Of a DNA stretch of 64,000 nucleotides, positions 1 through 8,793 are shown piece by piece. Both the position numbers and the translations under genes were made by a program. Below the pieces are notes generated by a model. It ran no database searches. It worked only from the letters and a program-made list of their open reading frames with translations, and had not been told where the DNA came from. Origin of the DNA: an uncultured Thermoleophilia bacterium (GTDB taxonomy: Bacteria; Actinomycetota; Thermoleophilia; Gaiellales; Gaiellaceae); assembly GCA_963721235.1 (NCBI GenBank), contig CAVRIK010000007.1, positions 415,398 to 479,397 on the forward strand. The letters run 5' to 3'. The stretch's first letter is position 1; each line of letters begins with the position of its first letter.

Positions 1-658
1 CGACGAGCCGCGTGGCGAGCGCCCGCAACGCGGGACGCTCGCAGACGCGCCCGTGCGTGAGGCCGGTGAGGGCGCCCAGCGGGTTCGTGGCGGCGTTGAA
101 GATCACCTTGCGCCACTGGGGGCCGCGCGCGTCGGCGACCGCGATCGTCGGCATGCCGCCGCGGGTGCACGCATCGGCCAGCCGCTCGACCTCGTCGAGC
201 GGCGCCGGCTGCTCCTCGAACGGGCCGAGCGTCGTGTCGCCCTTCACATCCCACTGAACGACGCCGGGAGCGATGATCTTTCCTGCCGGGAACGTCGTCC
301 CGCGGATCACGCGCTCGACGTGCCTGGCGAGAACCTCCTCGTTGCCGATCCCGTTCTGCACCGTCGCGACGCAGCCGCCGGCGAACGCGTGCGCGGTCGC
401 GGCGACCGCCGACTCGGTGTGCATCGCCTTCGTCGCGACGATGCCGAAGTCGCACTGCGGCAGCTCCGACGCGTCGCTCGTCGCGCGCAGACGGCCCGTC
501 ACCTCCCCCGCTCCGGTCAACCTCAGGCCGTCGCGGTTGATCGCCGCGACGTGCGCCTGCGCGAGGTCGTAGGCCCAGACCTCGACGTCGTCGAGCGTCG
601 CGAGATTCGCCGCGAACAGCGACCCGACCGCCCCGCACCCGACCACACAGATTCTCAC
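1..658 (-). CDS. ketopantoate reductase (PanE/ApbA) family oxidoreductase, second tandem paralog; C-terminal end lies beyond the window edge
   Basis: Not in the ORF track because there is no stop in the window. Manual reverse-strand translation from GTG at 658 reads VRICVVGCGAVGSLFAANL ... VQNGIGNEE ... PQWRKVIFNAATNPLGALTG and stays open to base 1. It has an N-terminal GxGxxG Rossmann motif and a GTGA overlap with the stop of the upstream paralog. Confidence 0.8.
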   Translation of the reverse strand, partial: MRICVVGCGAVGSLFAANLATLDDVEVWAYDLAQAHVAAINRDGLRLTGAGEVTGRLRATSDASELPQCDFGIVATKAMHTESAVAATAHAFAGGCVATVQNGIGNEEVLARHVERVIRGTTFPAGKIIAPGVVQWDVKGDTTLGPFEEQPAPLDEVERLADACTRGGMPTIAVADARGPQWRKVIFNAATNPLGALTGLTHGRVCERPALRALATRLV

Positions 659-1572
659 CGGTAGGACTCCTCCTTCGCCTTGATCAACCGTTCCATCGTC
701 TCGTGCAGCGGCACGGGCACGCCGACCCGGTGGGCCTCGCGCACGAGCGAGCCGGTGATCATGTCGATCTCGGTCGGCCGGTGCGCGTCGACGTCCTCGA
801 GCATCGACGGGTAGTGGGCACTGCCTCGCTGCGTCGCGAGCACGTTCATCTCCCACGGGTCCTCGCCCAGCGTCACGCCCGCGGCGGCGGCGACCGCCTT
901 GCCCTCGTCCATCAGCGCCCGCACGAGGTGCCCGAGGTCGCTGGGCCGCTCGAGCGCGGCGAAGTGCGGATCGTGTCGCAGCCCTGTCAGTGCCGCGACG
1001 GTGTTGACCGTCGCGTTGAAGATCAGCTTCGACCACTGGGCCGGGCGGAGGTCGTCGAACGCCTCCGCCTTCAGGCCGGACGCGACGATCAGGCCGGCGA
1101 CGGCCCGCGCGTCGGCCGGCGTCGTGCCGCGCGCCGGGCCGATCCAGGTCGCGGTGTCGAGCACGTACTCGACATGCGTGTCCTCGTGCCGTGTGCCGCT
1201 CATGAACGTCACGGCGGCGAGCTGGCGCCAGTCACCGTGGCGACCGACGATCTCGTCGGCGCCGATCCCGTTCTGCACCGTCATCACGATCGCCTCCGGC
1301 CAGTGCCCGGCGAGCCGAACGGCGACCGCCTCGAGGTCGAGGCTCTTGCAGGCGACGATCACGAGCTCCGGCTCGGGCAGCTCGCCGGGCGACGTGGCGG
1401 CCGTGACGCGACCGGTGAACTCGGCGCGCCCGCTGATCCGCAGGCCGCTCGTCCCGAGCGCGCGCGCGTGCTCCTCGCGGCGAACGAGCGCCGAGACCTC
1501 GGCCACGCGCGAGAGATGCGCGGCGAAGAGGCTGCCGATCACACCGGCGCCGGCGACGCAGACACGGGTCAT
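655..1572 (-). CDS. 2-dehydropantoate 2-reductase (PanE/ApbA) family oxidoreductase
   Basis: ORF 655..1893 trimmed to the ATG at 1572 (MTRVCVAGAGVIGSLFAAHL, Rossmann motif). The upstream 107 codons are Arg-rich and overlap the permease gene. C-terminal region WSKLIFNATVNTVAALTG is typical of the family. ATGA overlap with the livM stop. Confidence 0.85.
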   Translation of the reverse strand: MTRVCVAGAGVIGSLFAAHLSRVAEVSALVRREEHARALGTSGLRISGRAEFTGRVTAATSPGELPEPELVIVACKSLDLEAVAVRLAGHWPEAIVMTVQNGIGADEIVGRHGDWRQLAAVTFMSGTRHEDTHVEYVLDTATWIGPARGTTPADARAVAGLIVASGLKAEAFDDLRPAQWSKLIFNATVNTVAALTGLRHDPHFAALERPSDLGHLVRALMDEGKAVAAAAGVTLGEDPWEMNVLATQRGSAHYPSMLEDVDAHRPTEIDMITGSLVREAHRVGVPVPLHETMERLIKAKEESYR

Positions 1573-2567
1573 CTGGGCCACAGCTTGAACTCCCTCCCAC
1601 CTGTCAGGCCCGACGGGCGCAGGATCAGGACCGTCGCCATCAGCACGCCGACGACGATCACGCGCGTGCCGGCGGGCAGGTCGATGTGCCAGCCGAAGAA
1701 CGACGTCCCGTTCTCCGCGACGGCGAGATACGAGTCGAGCGCGCTCACGGCGAGGGCACCGACGACCGCCCCCCACAGGCTCGTCGCCCCGCCGATGACC
1801 AGCATCGCGAGCGTGATGAACGTGAGATCGAGATACAAGGTCTCCGTGTTCAGCGGCAACAGGTGCACGTAGAGGCCGCCTGCGAGCCCGCAAAGCGCGC
1901 CGGAGATCGCGAACGCGATCAACCGCTGGCGGTAGACCGAGGCGCCGACCGCCCTCGCCGCGGCGTCGTCCTCCCGCGTCGCGCGCAGCAGGCGGCCGAA
2001 GCGGCTGCGGCTGTAGGCAAAGGCGACGACGATCACGAGGAGCGCGCCGAGCGCGGCCTGGCGCAGGCCGGTCGTCTCCGGCACGGCCGAGAACGTGTTC
2101 AGGCCCGGTCCGATCTTCTCCTCGTAGCGCAACAGGTTGTGCGTGATCTCGAGCACGGCGAACGTCGCGATGCCCGCGGCGAGCCCGGAGAGCCGCATCA
2201 GAGGCAGCGCGACGACGAGCGCACAGACACCGCCGACGAGCGCCGCCAGCGCGAGCGACGAGAGGTTCCCGGTCGTGCGGTCGCGGAGGAAGTGCGCGAG
2301 GTTCGGCATGATCGCGGGCTTCTCGGAGGCGGGCACCGACAGCACGCCCGCCGTCCAGGCCCCGATCGCGACGAAGCTGATGTGGCCGAACGAGAGCACG
2401 CCCGAGTTGCCGACGAAGACGTAGAGCGAGACGACGATCGCCACCTTGACGAGGGCGTCCGTGAAGTAGCCCTGCGTCGAGACCGAGACCGTCGTGCCGA
2501 GCAGGGCGGCGACGACGACGAGCGCTGCCGGCCCGGCGAGCACCTGCAGGTCGACGAGGCGCTTCAC
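1569..2567 (-). CDS. livM: HAAT-family (branched-chain amino acid type) ABC transporter permease, LivM type
   Basis: ORF 1569..3290 trimmed to the GTG at 2567 (VKRLVDLQVLAG...). Multi-pass hydrophobic sequence. GTGA overlap with the livH stop. The N-terminal 240 codons of the track ORF are Arg/Asp-rich and unlike real protein. Confidence 0.85.
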   Translation of the reverse strand: MKRLVDLQVLAGPAALVVVAALLGTTVSVSTQGYFTDALVKVAIVVSLYVFVGNSGVLSFGHISFVAIGAWTAGVLSVPASEKPAIMPNLAHFLRDRTTGNLSSLALAALVGGVCALVVALPLMRLSGLAAGIATFAVLEITHNLLRYEEKIGPGLNTFSAVPETTGLRQAALGALLVIVVAFAYSRSRFGRLLRATREDDAAARAVGASVYRQRLIAFAISGALCGLAGGLYVHLLPLNTETLYLDLTFITLAMLVIGGATSLWGAVVGALAVSALDSYLAVAENGTSFFGWHIDLPAGTRVIVVGVLMATVLILRPSGLTGGREFKLWPR

Positions 2568-3469
2568 ACGCGCTCCACGGTCTTCGCGGTCGTGAACAGG
2601 CCGTTGGGGCGGACGAGCAGGACGACGATCACGGCCGCGAAGATGAACGAGTCGATGTACTGGCTCTGGTTCGTCGGCAGCGCGCCGCCGAGCAGCCCTG
2701 TGGCGAACCCGATGCTGAAGCCCCCGAGCGTCGCCGGGACGGGCCGGTTCATGCCGCCCACCACGACCCCGGCGAGAACGATGATCGTGTCGCGCAACGC
2801 GAAGTCCGGCGTGACGAGTGGGTTCTGCACGGTGAGCATGACGGCGACCACCGCGGCGAGCGCGCCCGAGAGGAGCACGGCGACGCCGATGACCCGGTTC
2901 GCTCGCACCCCGAGCATGCGCGCGGTCTCGAAGTCCATCGCCGACGCACGCATGTGCAGGCCGATTACCGTGCGCTCGAGCAGCAGATGCAGGAGGAGCA
3001 GGCAGACCGCCGCGACGATCACCGAGACGATCGTGATCTTGCGAATGTCGACGGTCGAGATCGTCCAGGGCCGGTTGAGGTACGCGAGCGAGCTGGCGAT
3101 CTTGCCGAGCGGCCCGAACCACAGGAGCGCGACGCTCTGCATCAGGAACGCGACCGCGAACGTGGCCACCAGCATCACGGCCGGCGATTGGCCGCGCAGC
3201 GGGCGAAACACGAGCCGGTCCATCAGGAGCGAGAGCACGAGCACGACCGCGAAGCAGAGGAGGATCGCGGCCCAGACGGGCCACCCCCACTGGGACGCCA
3301 GCGCGAGCGCGAACGCACCGGCCATCACGAGCTGGCCGTAGGCGAAGTTGACGAGACGCAGCACACCGAAGACGAGACCGATGCCGACGGCCATCAGCGC
3401 GTAGACCGAGCCGAGCGCGACCGCGTCCGCGAGGGTCTGCCAGTCGATGTTGAGGAAGGCGAGCATCAC
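2564..3469 (-). CDS. livH: HAAT-family ABC transporter permease, LivH type
   Basis: 301-aa hydrophobic ORF starting (V/M)MLAFLNIDWQTLADAVALGSVYALMAVG, typical of a LivH N-terminus. The start is GTG at 3469 or ATG at 3466; both overlap the livF stop. Confidence 0.9.
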   Translation of the reverse strand: MMLAFLNIDWQTLADAVALGSVYALMAVGIGLVFGVLRLVNFAYGQLVMAGAFALALASQWGWPVWAAILLCFAVVLVLSLLMDRLVFRPLRGQSPAVMLVATFAVAFLMQSVALLWFGPLGKIASSLAYLNRPWTISTVDIRKITIVSVIVAAVCLLLLHLLLERTVIGLHMRASAMDFETARMLGVRANRVIGVAVLLSGALAAVVAVMLTVQNPLVTPDFALRDTIIVLAGVVVGGMNRPVPATLGGFSIGFATGLLGGALPTNQSQYIDSFIFAAVIVVLLVRPNGLFTTAKTVERV

Positions 3470-4170
3470 GAGAAGTAGGCCGCCACGAGCGCCTCGGTGT
3501 CGCCTGCGTGCTCGGGCCCGAGCGTCAGCCGCAGCTCGCCGTTTGCCAGCACGTGGCAGCGGTCCGCGGCGGCGACGGTGCGCTGCGCCCGCTGCTCGAC
3601 GAGCAGCACGCCGAGGCCACGGTCGCGAATCGCAGCGAGCGCACCGAACACGACGTCCACGACCGTGGGCGCCAGGCCGAGCGACGGCTCGTCGAGCAGC
3701 AGCACGTCCGGCTCCGCCACGAGCGCGCGCGCGATCGCGAGCTGCTGCTGCTGGCCACCGGAGAGCGCGCCGGCCTGCCGGTCGCGGAACTCACCGACGA
3801 TCGGGAACAGGTCGTAGACGCTCTGGAACACCGCGTCGACGTCGCCACGCGTGCGCCGTGCAGCAAGGCCGAGCCGCAGGTTCTCCTCGACGGTCAACTC
3901 GGCGAAGATGCGCCGCCCCTCGGGCACGAGCGCGACGCCGTCGCGCGCGACGTCCTCGGGCCGCCGGCCGCGCAGCGAGACGTCACCGAGCCGCACCTCG
4001 CCCGACGCCGGCGCCACGCCCATGATCGCGTGCAGCGTCGAGGACTTGCCTGCCCCGTTCGCTCCGATCAGCCCGACGATCTCGCCCGGCGCCACCTGGA
4101 ACGAGAGCCCGCGCACGGCGTGGACGCCGCCGTAGCGGACGTCCAGGTTCTCGACGACGAGCGTCCTCAT
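3466..4170 (-). CDS. livF: ABC transporter ATP-binding protein, LivF type
   Basis: Walker A GANGAGKSS, signature LSGGQQQ, Walker B LLLDEPS. ATGA overlap with the livG stop. Confidence 0.9.
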   Translation of the reverse strand: MRTLVVENLDVRYGGVHAVRGLSFQVAPGEIVGLIGANGAGKSSTLHAIMGVAPASGEVRLGDVSLRGRRPEDVARDGVALVPEGRRIFAELTVEENLRLGLAARRTRGDVDAVFQSVYDLFPIVGEFRDRQAGALSGGQQQQLAIARALVAEPDVLLLDEPSLGLAPTVVDVVFGALAAIRDRGLGVLLVEQRAQRTVAAADRCHVLANGELRLTLGPEHAGDTEALVAAYFS

Positions 4171-4931
4171 TCCTCGGCCACCGCCGTCTCGCCGAGGTAG
4201 GCGGCCGCCACGTCGAGGTTGGCCCGGATCTCCTCCGGCGCACCGTGCGCCAGCGTCCGGCCCTGGTCGAGGACGTGGATGCGATCGCAGATCTCCATGA
4301 TCAGCGCCATGTTGTGGTCGATCAGCAGCACGCCCGCTCCGTGGTCGTCTCGCACCGACCGCACGAGCTCTGCGAAGGCAGGCACCTCCGCTTCCGGCAG
4401 GCCGGCCGCCGGCTCGTCGAGGAGCACGAACCGCGGCTCCGTCGCGAGCGCTCGAGCGACGCCGAGGCGGCGCTCGTCGCCGTGGGCGAGCGCCGAGGCG
4501 GGCGCCGAGGCGTAACGGGAGAGCCCGAGCCGCTCGAGCAGGTCGGTGGCCCGCCGCGCGGCGAGCCGCGGCCCCGCGCCGACGCCGAGCGCCGACACCT
4601 CGACGTTCTCGCGCACCGAGAGCGACTGGAAGCCACGCGTGTGCTGAAAGGTGCGCGCCAGCCCGCGCCGGCCGCGCCGGTGAGGCGTCCAGCGCGTGAT
4701 GTCCTCCGCTCCGAGCGTGACCATCCCGCTGTCCGGCCGGTCGAACCCGCTCAGCACGTTGACGAGCGTCGACTTGCCCGCGCCGTTCGGCCCGATCAGT
4801 CCCACGACCTCGCCCCGGCTCACGTCGAGGTCGACGCCGTGGAGCGCCTGTACCCCGTCGAAGGATCGAGAAATGGCGGAGGCCCGGAGTGATTCTCCGG
4901 GCCTCCGCTCCGACTGCAGGTCGTCGGGCAA
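4167..4931 (-). CDS. livG: ABC transporter ATP-binding protein, LivG type
   Basis: Walker A GPNGAGKST, Walker B VLLDEPAAGL, and a LivG-like C-terminal extension (ANLDVAAAYLGE). Confidence 0.9.
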   Translation of the reverse strand: MPDDLQSERRPGESLRASAISRSFDGVQALHGVDLDVSRGEVVGLIGPNGAGKSTLVNVLSGFDRPDSGMVTLGAEDITRWTPHRRGRRGLARTFQHTRGFQSLSVRENVEVSALGVGAGPRLAARRATDLLERLGLSRYASAPASALAHGDERRLGVARALATEPRFVLLDEPAAGLPEAEVPAFAELVRSVRDDHGAGVLLIDHNMALIMEICDRIHVLDQGRTLAHGAPEEIRANLDVAAAYLGETAVAEE

Positions 4932-4937
4932 GCCGTC

Positions 4938-6134
4938 CTAGATCTTCGGGACGACCTTGGCGACGACGGTGCCGACGAGCCGCGCCTTGTTGTCCTGGAT
5001 CTTGATCACGCGGTACTGCCGGCCGAACACGGTGTGCAGCTTCGGCGAGAAGCTCACGAGGCCCGACAGCGTCGGCACCTTCCTGAACTTCACGAGCTGC
5101 GCGGCGAGCGCCGCACCGTTCGTCGAGCCGCCGGCCCGCCTGATCGCCGTCACGACACCGTCGATCGCGGCCGAACCGGTGATGAAGCCGCCGGTGCCGG
5201 CGTGGACCTGCTTCGCGAGCTTGTTGACGGCCGCGTTCGGGTCGTCCCCGAAGATCGACGCGAACGTGACGAAGTAGTAGTTCGTCACCTGCGGGCTCTT
5301 CGGGAGCCAGTACGTGCCGTCACCGGCCCACGAGTTGAGGATCGGCGTGTCGTTGCCGAGCGTGCGCAGCCCCGAGATGAGCGTCCCGAGGGCACCGAAC
5401 GCGCCCGCAGTCGACGTGACGATCACATCCGCCTTCTTCGCGTTGAGACGGCTGATCGCGTTCTGCACGTCGTTGCCGCCGAGCGAGTGGTACGTCTCCT
5501 GGTCGACGACCTTGCCGCCGAGCTGTGTCCAGCGCGCCTTGAACGCCTTGACGACGTCCTTGAAGTAGACGATGACGCCGTCCGTCGCGAGCGACGCCGT
5601 GCGCCAGCCCTTGCCCCAGGCGTACTGCGCCATGGCCGAGCCTTCGTCCTGGGCCACGTTGCCGAAGCTGAAGGCGAGCTGGCCCTTCGCCCCGAAGCGC
5701 TTCGGGCCCATCTGATCCGTCCCGATGCACGGTGCGATTGCGAGGACGCCGCGGTTGATCGCCTCCTGGACGACCGGCGCCGCGTAGTCGACGTCGCACG
5801 TGGTGAAGATCACGTTCGCGCCTGCGCCGAGCAGCTTCAAGGCGCACGCCTTGGCGATCGCAGGCTTGTTGCCCTGCGTGTCGCACGTCTGGATCTGCAG
5901 CTGGCGTCCACCGACGCCCCCTCGGGCATTCACCTGCTTGACACGCAACTGGGCCGCGGCCAGAGCCGGCCCGTCGAACGGCGCCATGGCGCCCTTGCTG
6001 TCGAACGCCCAACCGATCACGATCGGGCTGGCCTTCGACGACGTCGTGCGCGCCGCCGCAGTCGCCGCGAGCGCAACGAGCGCGACCGCGACGACGACCA
6101 GAATGAGCCCCGCGCGGGAACCCAGTCTCCTCAT
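4938..6134 (-). CDS. ABC transporter substrate-binding protein (type I periplasmic binding fold, Leu/Ile/Val-binding family)
   Basis: ORF 4938..6374 trimmed to the ATG at 6134 (MRRLGSRAGLILVVVAVALVALAATAAA, signal peptide), preceded by an AAGGAG ribosome-binding site. ATGA overlap with the upstream gene's stop. Confidence 0.85.
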   Translation of the reverse strand: MRRLGSRAGLILVVVAVALVALAATAAARTTSSKASPIVIGWAFDSKGAMAPFDGPALAAAQLRVKQVNARGGVGGRQLQIQTCDTQGNKPAIAKACALKLLGAGANVIFTTCDVDYAAPVVQEAINRGVLAIAPCIGTDQMGPKRFGAKGQLAFSFGNVAQDEGSAMAQYAWGKGWRTASLATDGVIVYFKDVVKAFKARWTQLGGKVVDQETYHSLGGNDVQNAISRLNAKKADVIVTSTAGAFGALGTLISGLRTLGNDTPILNSWAGDGTYWLPKSPQVTNYYFVTFASIFGDDPNAAVNKLAKQVHAGTGGFITGSAAIDGVVTAIRRAGGSTNGAALAAQLVKFRKVPTLSGLVSFSPKLHTVFGRQYRVIKIQDNKARLVGTVVAKVVPKI

Positions 6135-7015
6135 GTTGTCTCCTTCACTGTCTGGGGGGTCAGGGACCAACTCTGCTCGAATGCCGACCGGGCGCGCGCG
6201 AGCGTCTCCGCCGGCGCGGCTGCCCAGATCGAATCCGGATACTCCGCGCCGAACGTGCCGTCGTCGGAGAAGATCTCGATGTCGTAGAGACCGTCCCAGC
6301 CCGCCTCGTCGAGCGCGCGGAGAATGCCGGGCACGTCCGCGATGCCCTCGCCCGGGAGGACGCGGTCGGCCCAACCGCGGGTCGGTTCGCGCACGTCGGA
6401 CACGTGCACGCCGGTGAAGCGGTGCAGCTCGCCGGCGATGTCCTCGCGGAGCGTCGGCGTGTTCCAGAGATGCCAGATGTCGAACTGGATCCCGAGCGCC
6501 GGCGGATCGCCCGCATCGCCGAGCAGCTCCACCGCCTCGGGAATCGACGAGACGGTCGTCCAGAGCTCGCCGCCGCTGCGCTGGTAGGGCTCGAGCCCGA
6601 CGCGGAGGCCGAGACGCTCCGCCTCGGCGCCGATCGTCCGGAGGCCGTCCGTGACGATCCCGCGGGCCACGTCGGCGTCGCGGCCCGCGGCGGTGCCCGT
6701 CAGCAGCACGAGCCCGGACGGGCGGAACGGAGCGAGCCGCTCCAGCGAGCGGCAGTAGGCGTCGATGCGCTCTGCAGGATCGTCGGGGCCGCCGAGCAGC
6801 GGCAGCGGCAGGATCGAGGGCACCACCGGCACCGCGGCCGCGGCGGCGAGGCCGCTCGCCTCCAGCAGCTCCAGCGCCTCGGCGTCGCCGTCCTCGGCGA
6901 GCTTCAGCTCCCAGATGCCGATTCCCGCGAGCCCGGCCGCGGCGTAGGCGCGCACGTCGTCGGCGAAGCCGGCGTTCAGCGTCGTGATCTGCGAGACCGA
7001 GAGCTGCGGCTCCAC
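6131..7015 (-). CDS. sugar phosphate isomerase/epimerase (xylose isomerase-like TIM barrel) family protein
   Basis: 294-aa ORF with the family-typical segments GLRVGLEPY, IQFDIWHLW and GLYDIEIFS. First gene of the minus-strand operon, divergent from the GntR gene. Confidence 0.8.
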   Translation of the reverse strand: MEPQLSVSQITTLNAGFADDVRAYAAAGLAGIGIWELKLAEDGDAEALELLEASGLAAAAAVPVVPSILPLPLLGGPDDPAERIDAYCRSLERLAPFRPSGLVLLTGTAAGRDADVARGIVTDGLRTIGAEAERLGLRVGLEPYQRSGGELWTTVSSIPEAVELLGDAGDPPALGIQFDIWHLWNTPTLREDIAGELHRFTGVHVSDVREPTRGWADRVLPGEGIADVPGILRALDEAGWDGLYDIEIFSDDGTFGAEYPDSIWAAAPAETLARARSAFEQSWSLTPQTVKETT

Positions 7016-7112
7016 GCGAGCGATCCTCTCACGGCGTTTGACATCTGATCAAGGGTTGTGGGACGGTCCGCGGGAAATGTCGAGGATGGGACAGGCCGAG
7101 CCCGAGGGACGG

Positions 7113-7772
7113 ATGCGCCACCGCACGATGGCGGAGTATGCGCTGGAGCAGCTGCGCGAGGCGATCATCCTCGGCGAACTGCCCGCGGGAACGCCGTTGC
7201 GCCTCGACGAACTGGCTCGCTCACTGGGGATGAGCATCTCCCCGATCCGCGAGGCGGTCCGTCAACTGGAGGCACTCGGGCTCGCCAAGCACGTGCCCCA
7301 CCAGGGAGCGCGCGTCCTCGACTTCGACGTCGAGGAGCTGCGCGACCTGTTCCAGGTGCGGCTCGCCCTGGAGTCGCTCGCGGTGCGGCGGGCGGCCGAG
7401 CGGTTCACGGATGCCGACGCCCAGGCGGCGCGCCGTGCGCTCCAGCGGTTCGACGAGACCCGCGCCGCCGGCGACGTGCGCCGGACGATGCGGGCGCACA
7501 CCGACTTCCACTTCGCCCTCTACGAAGCGTCGCAGACCCCCTGGCTCGTCTCGCTGATCCGGCCGCCGTGGGATCGCTCCGAGCGCTTCCGGCCGGCGCT
7601 GCTCGCCTCGGCCGGGGAGCCGCAGGACCTGCATCGCCGGTTCGACGAGCGCCTGCTCGCCGCCTGCGAGCGGCACGACCCGCAGGGCGCCGCGGACGCG
7701 CTCTACGACCATCTCGAGCACGCGAGCGTGTTCTTCAAGACGGAACTGGGCGGCAAGGGCATCTTCGAATAG
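7113..7772 (+). CDS. GntR family transcriptional regulator (FadR/FCD subfamily)
   Basis: N-terminal wHTH (LDELARSLGMSISPIREAVRQLEALGL) plus a helical FCD-like C-terminal domain. ATG at 7113 was chosen because GAGGGA lies 5-6 nt upstream. In-frame ATGs at 7077, 7086 and 7128 are alternatives. Confidence 0.8.
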   Translation: MRHRTMAEYALEQLREAIILGELPAGTPLRLDELARSLGMSISPIREAVRQLEALGLAKHVPHQGARVLDFDVEELRDLFQVRLALESLAVRRAAERFTDADAQAARRALQRFDETRAAGDVRRTMRAHTDFHFALYEASQTPWLVSLIRPPWDRSERFRPALLASAGEPQDLHRRFDERLLAACERHDPQGAADALYDHLEHASVFFKTELGGKGIFE

Positions 7773-7797
7773 CTCGACGGCCGCCTACGATTCGAAG

Positions 7798-8061
7798 GTG
7801 GCCAAGCAGCTTCCGCCGCTCCCGAACGACGGCATCGTGCGCATCTTCCGCGGCCGCGGGGGTCGCGGCGGCGGCACGATCAGCGTCGTGCGCGGCCTGC
7901 CGAGGCGTGAGCTTCAAACGATCGCCAGGGATCTGAAGAAGCACTGCGGCTCGGGCGGCACGGTCAAGGACGGCGCGGTGGAGATCCAGGGCGACCACCG
8001 CGAGAAGATCGCCGCTCGGCTCGCGGCGGAGGGCTACACCGTGAAGCTCGCCGGGGGCTGA
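7798..8061 (+). CDS. SUI1/YciH family translation initiation factor-like protein
   Basis: 87-aa ORF with GTG start. RGGRGGGTISVVRGL ... LKKHCGSGGTVKDGAVEIQGDHREKIAARL matches the SUI1 fold signature. Confidence 0.75.
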   Translation: MAKQLPPLPNDGIVRIFRGRGGRGGGTISVVRGLPRRELQTIARDLKKHCGSGGTVKDGAVEIQGDHREKIAARLAAEGYTVKLAGG

Positions 8062-8094
8062 TCGAGCAGGCCGGCCATCGGGCATGATCCGGCA

Positions 8095-8793
8095 ATGGCC
8101 GACCGGAAGGTTCTCGCCGTAGATGTCGGCGGCTCCCACGTCAAGCTCCTCGTCGAGGGCGAGGCGGAGCCGCGCAGGTTCGACTCGGGATCGAAGCTGA
8201 CGCCGGGGCAGATGGTCGAAGGGACGCTGGCCACGGCCGAGGGCTGGTCGTGGGAGGTGGCGAGCGTCGGGATCCCGACGCCGGTGCGCGGCAGCAAGCC
8301 GGTCTCCGATCCGGCGAACCTCGGCAAGGGCTGGGTCGGCTTCGACTTCGAGCAGGCGTTCGGCCGGCCGACGAAGGTCGTGAACGATGCGGTCATGCAG
8401 GCGCTCGGGAGCTACGACGGCGGGCGCATGCTCTTTCTCGGGCTCGGCACCGGGCTCGGGTCCGCCTTGATCATCGACGGCGCCGTCGAGCCGCTCGAGC
8501 TCGCCCACCTGCCGTTTCGGAACGGAACGTTCGAGGACTACGTCGGCGAGCGCTCGCTCGAGCAGCGCGGCAGGAAGAAGTGGCGCAAGCTCGTCTTCGA
8601 GGTCGTCGACCAGCTCGCGAGGGCGATGCAGCCGGACTACATCGTGATCGGCGGCGGCGGCGTGAAGGAGCTCGACGAGCTGCCGCCGAACGCGCGCCGG
8701 GGCGACAACGAGCTCGCCTTTCTCGGCGGCTTCCGGCTCTGGGACCCCGCCTGGACGCCGGCGACGACGGCCGGAACCGAGCTCAGCGGCTGA
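8095..8793 (+). CDS. ROK family kinase, polyphosphate glucokinase-like
   Basis: VLAVDVGGSHVK (ATPase phosphate-1 motif), VVNDAVMQALG, LGLGTGLGSALIIDG and IVIGGGGVKEL follow the ROK/PpgK pattern. Confidence 0.75.
   Translation: MADRKVLAVDVGGSHVKLLVEGEAEPRRFDSGSKLTPGQMVEGTLATAEGWSWEVASVGIPTPVRGSKPVSDPANLGKGWVGFDFEQAFGRPTKVVNDAVMQALGSYDGGRMLFLGLGTGLGSALIIDGAVEPLELAHLPFRNGTFEDYVGERSLEQRGRKKWRKLVFEVVDQLARAMQPDYIVIGGGGVKELDELPPNARRGDNELAFLGGFRLWDPAWTPATTAGTELSG

Noticed and set aside
1569-3290. Long N-terminal extensions of many track ORFs (also 4938..6374, 11467..13254, 12621..14585, 13502..15310, 16208..19276, 29330..30772, 46418..48139)
   Set aside because: The extensions are Arg/Pro/Gly-rich and overlap the preceding well-supported gene. 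An internal ATG, GTG or TTG that forms a 1-4-nt overlap with the upstream stop gives proteins of normal family length.
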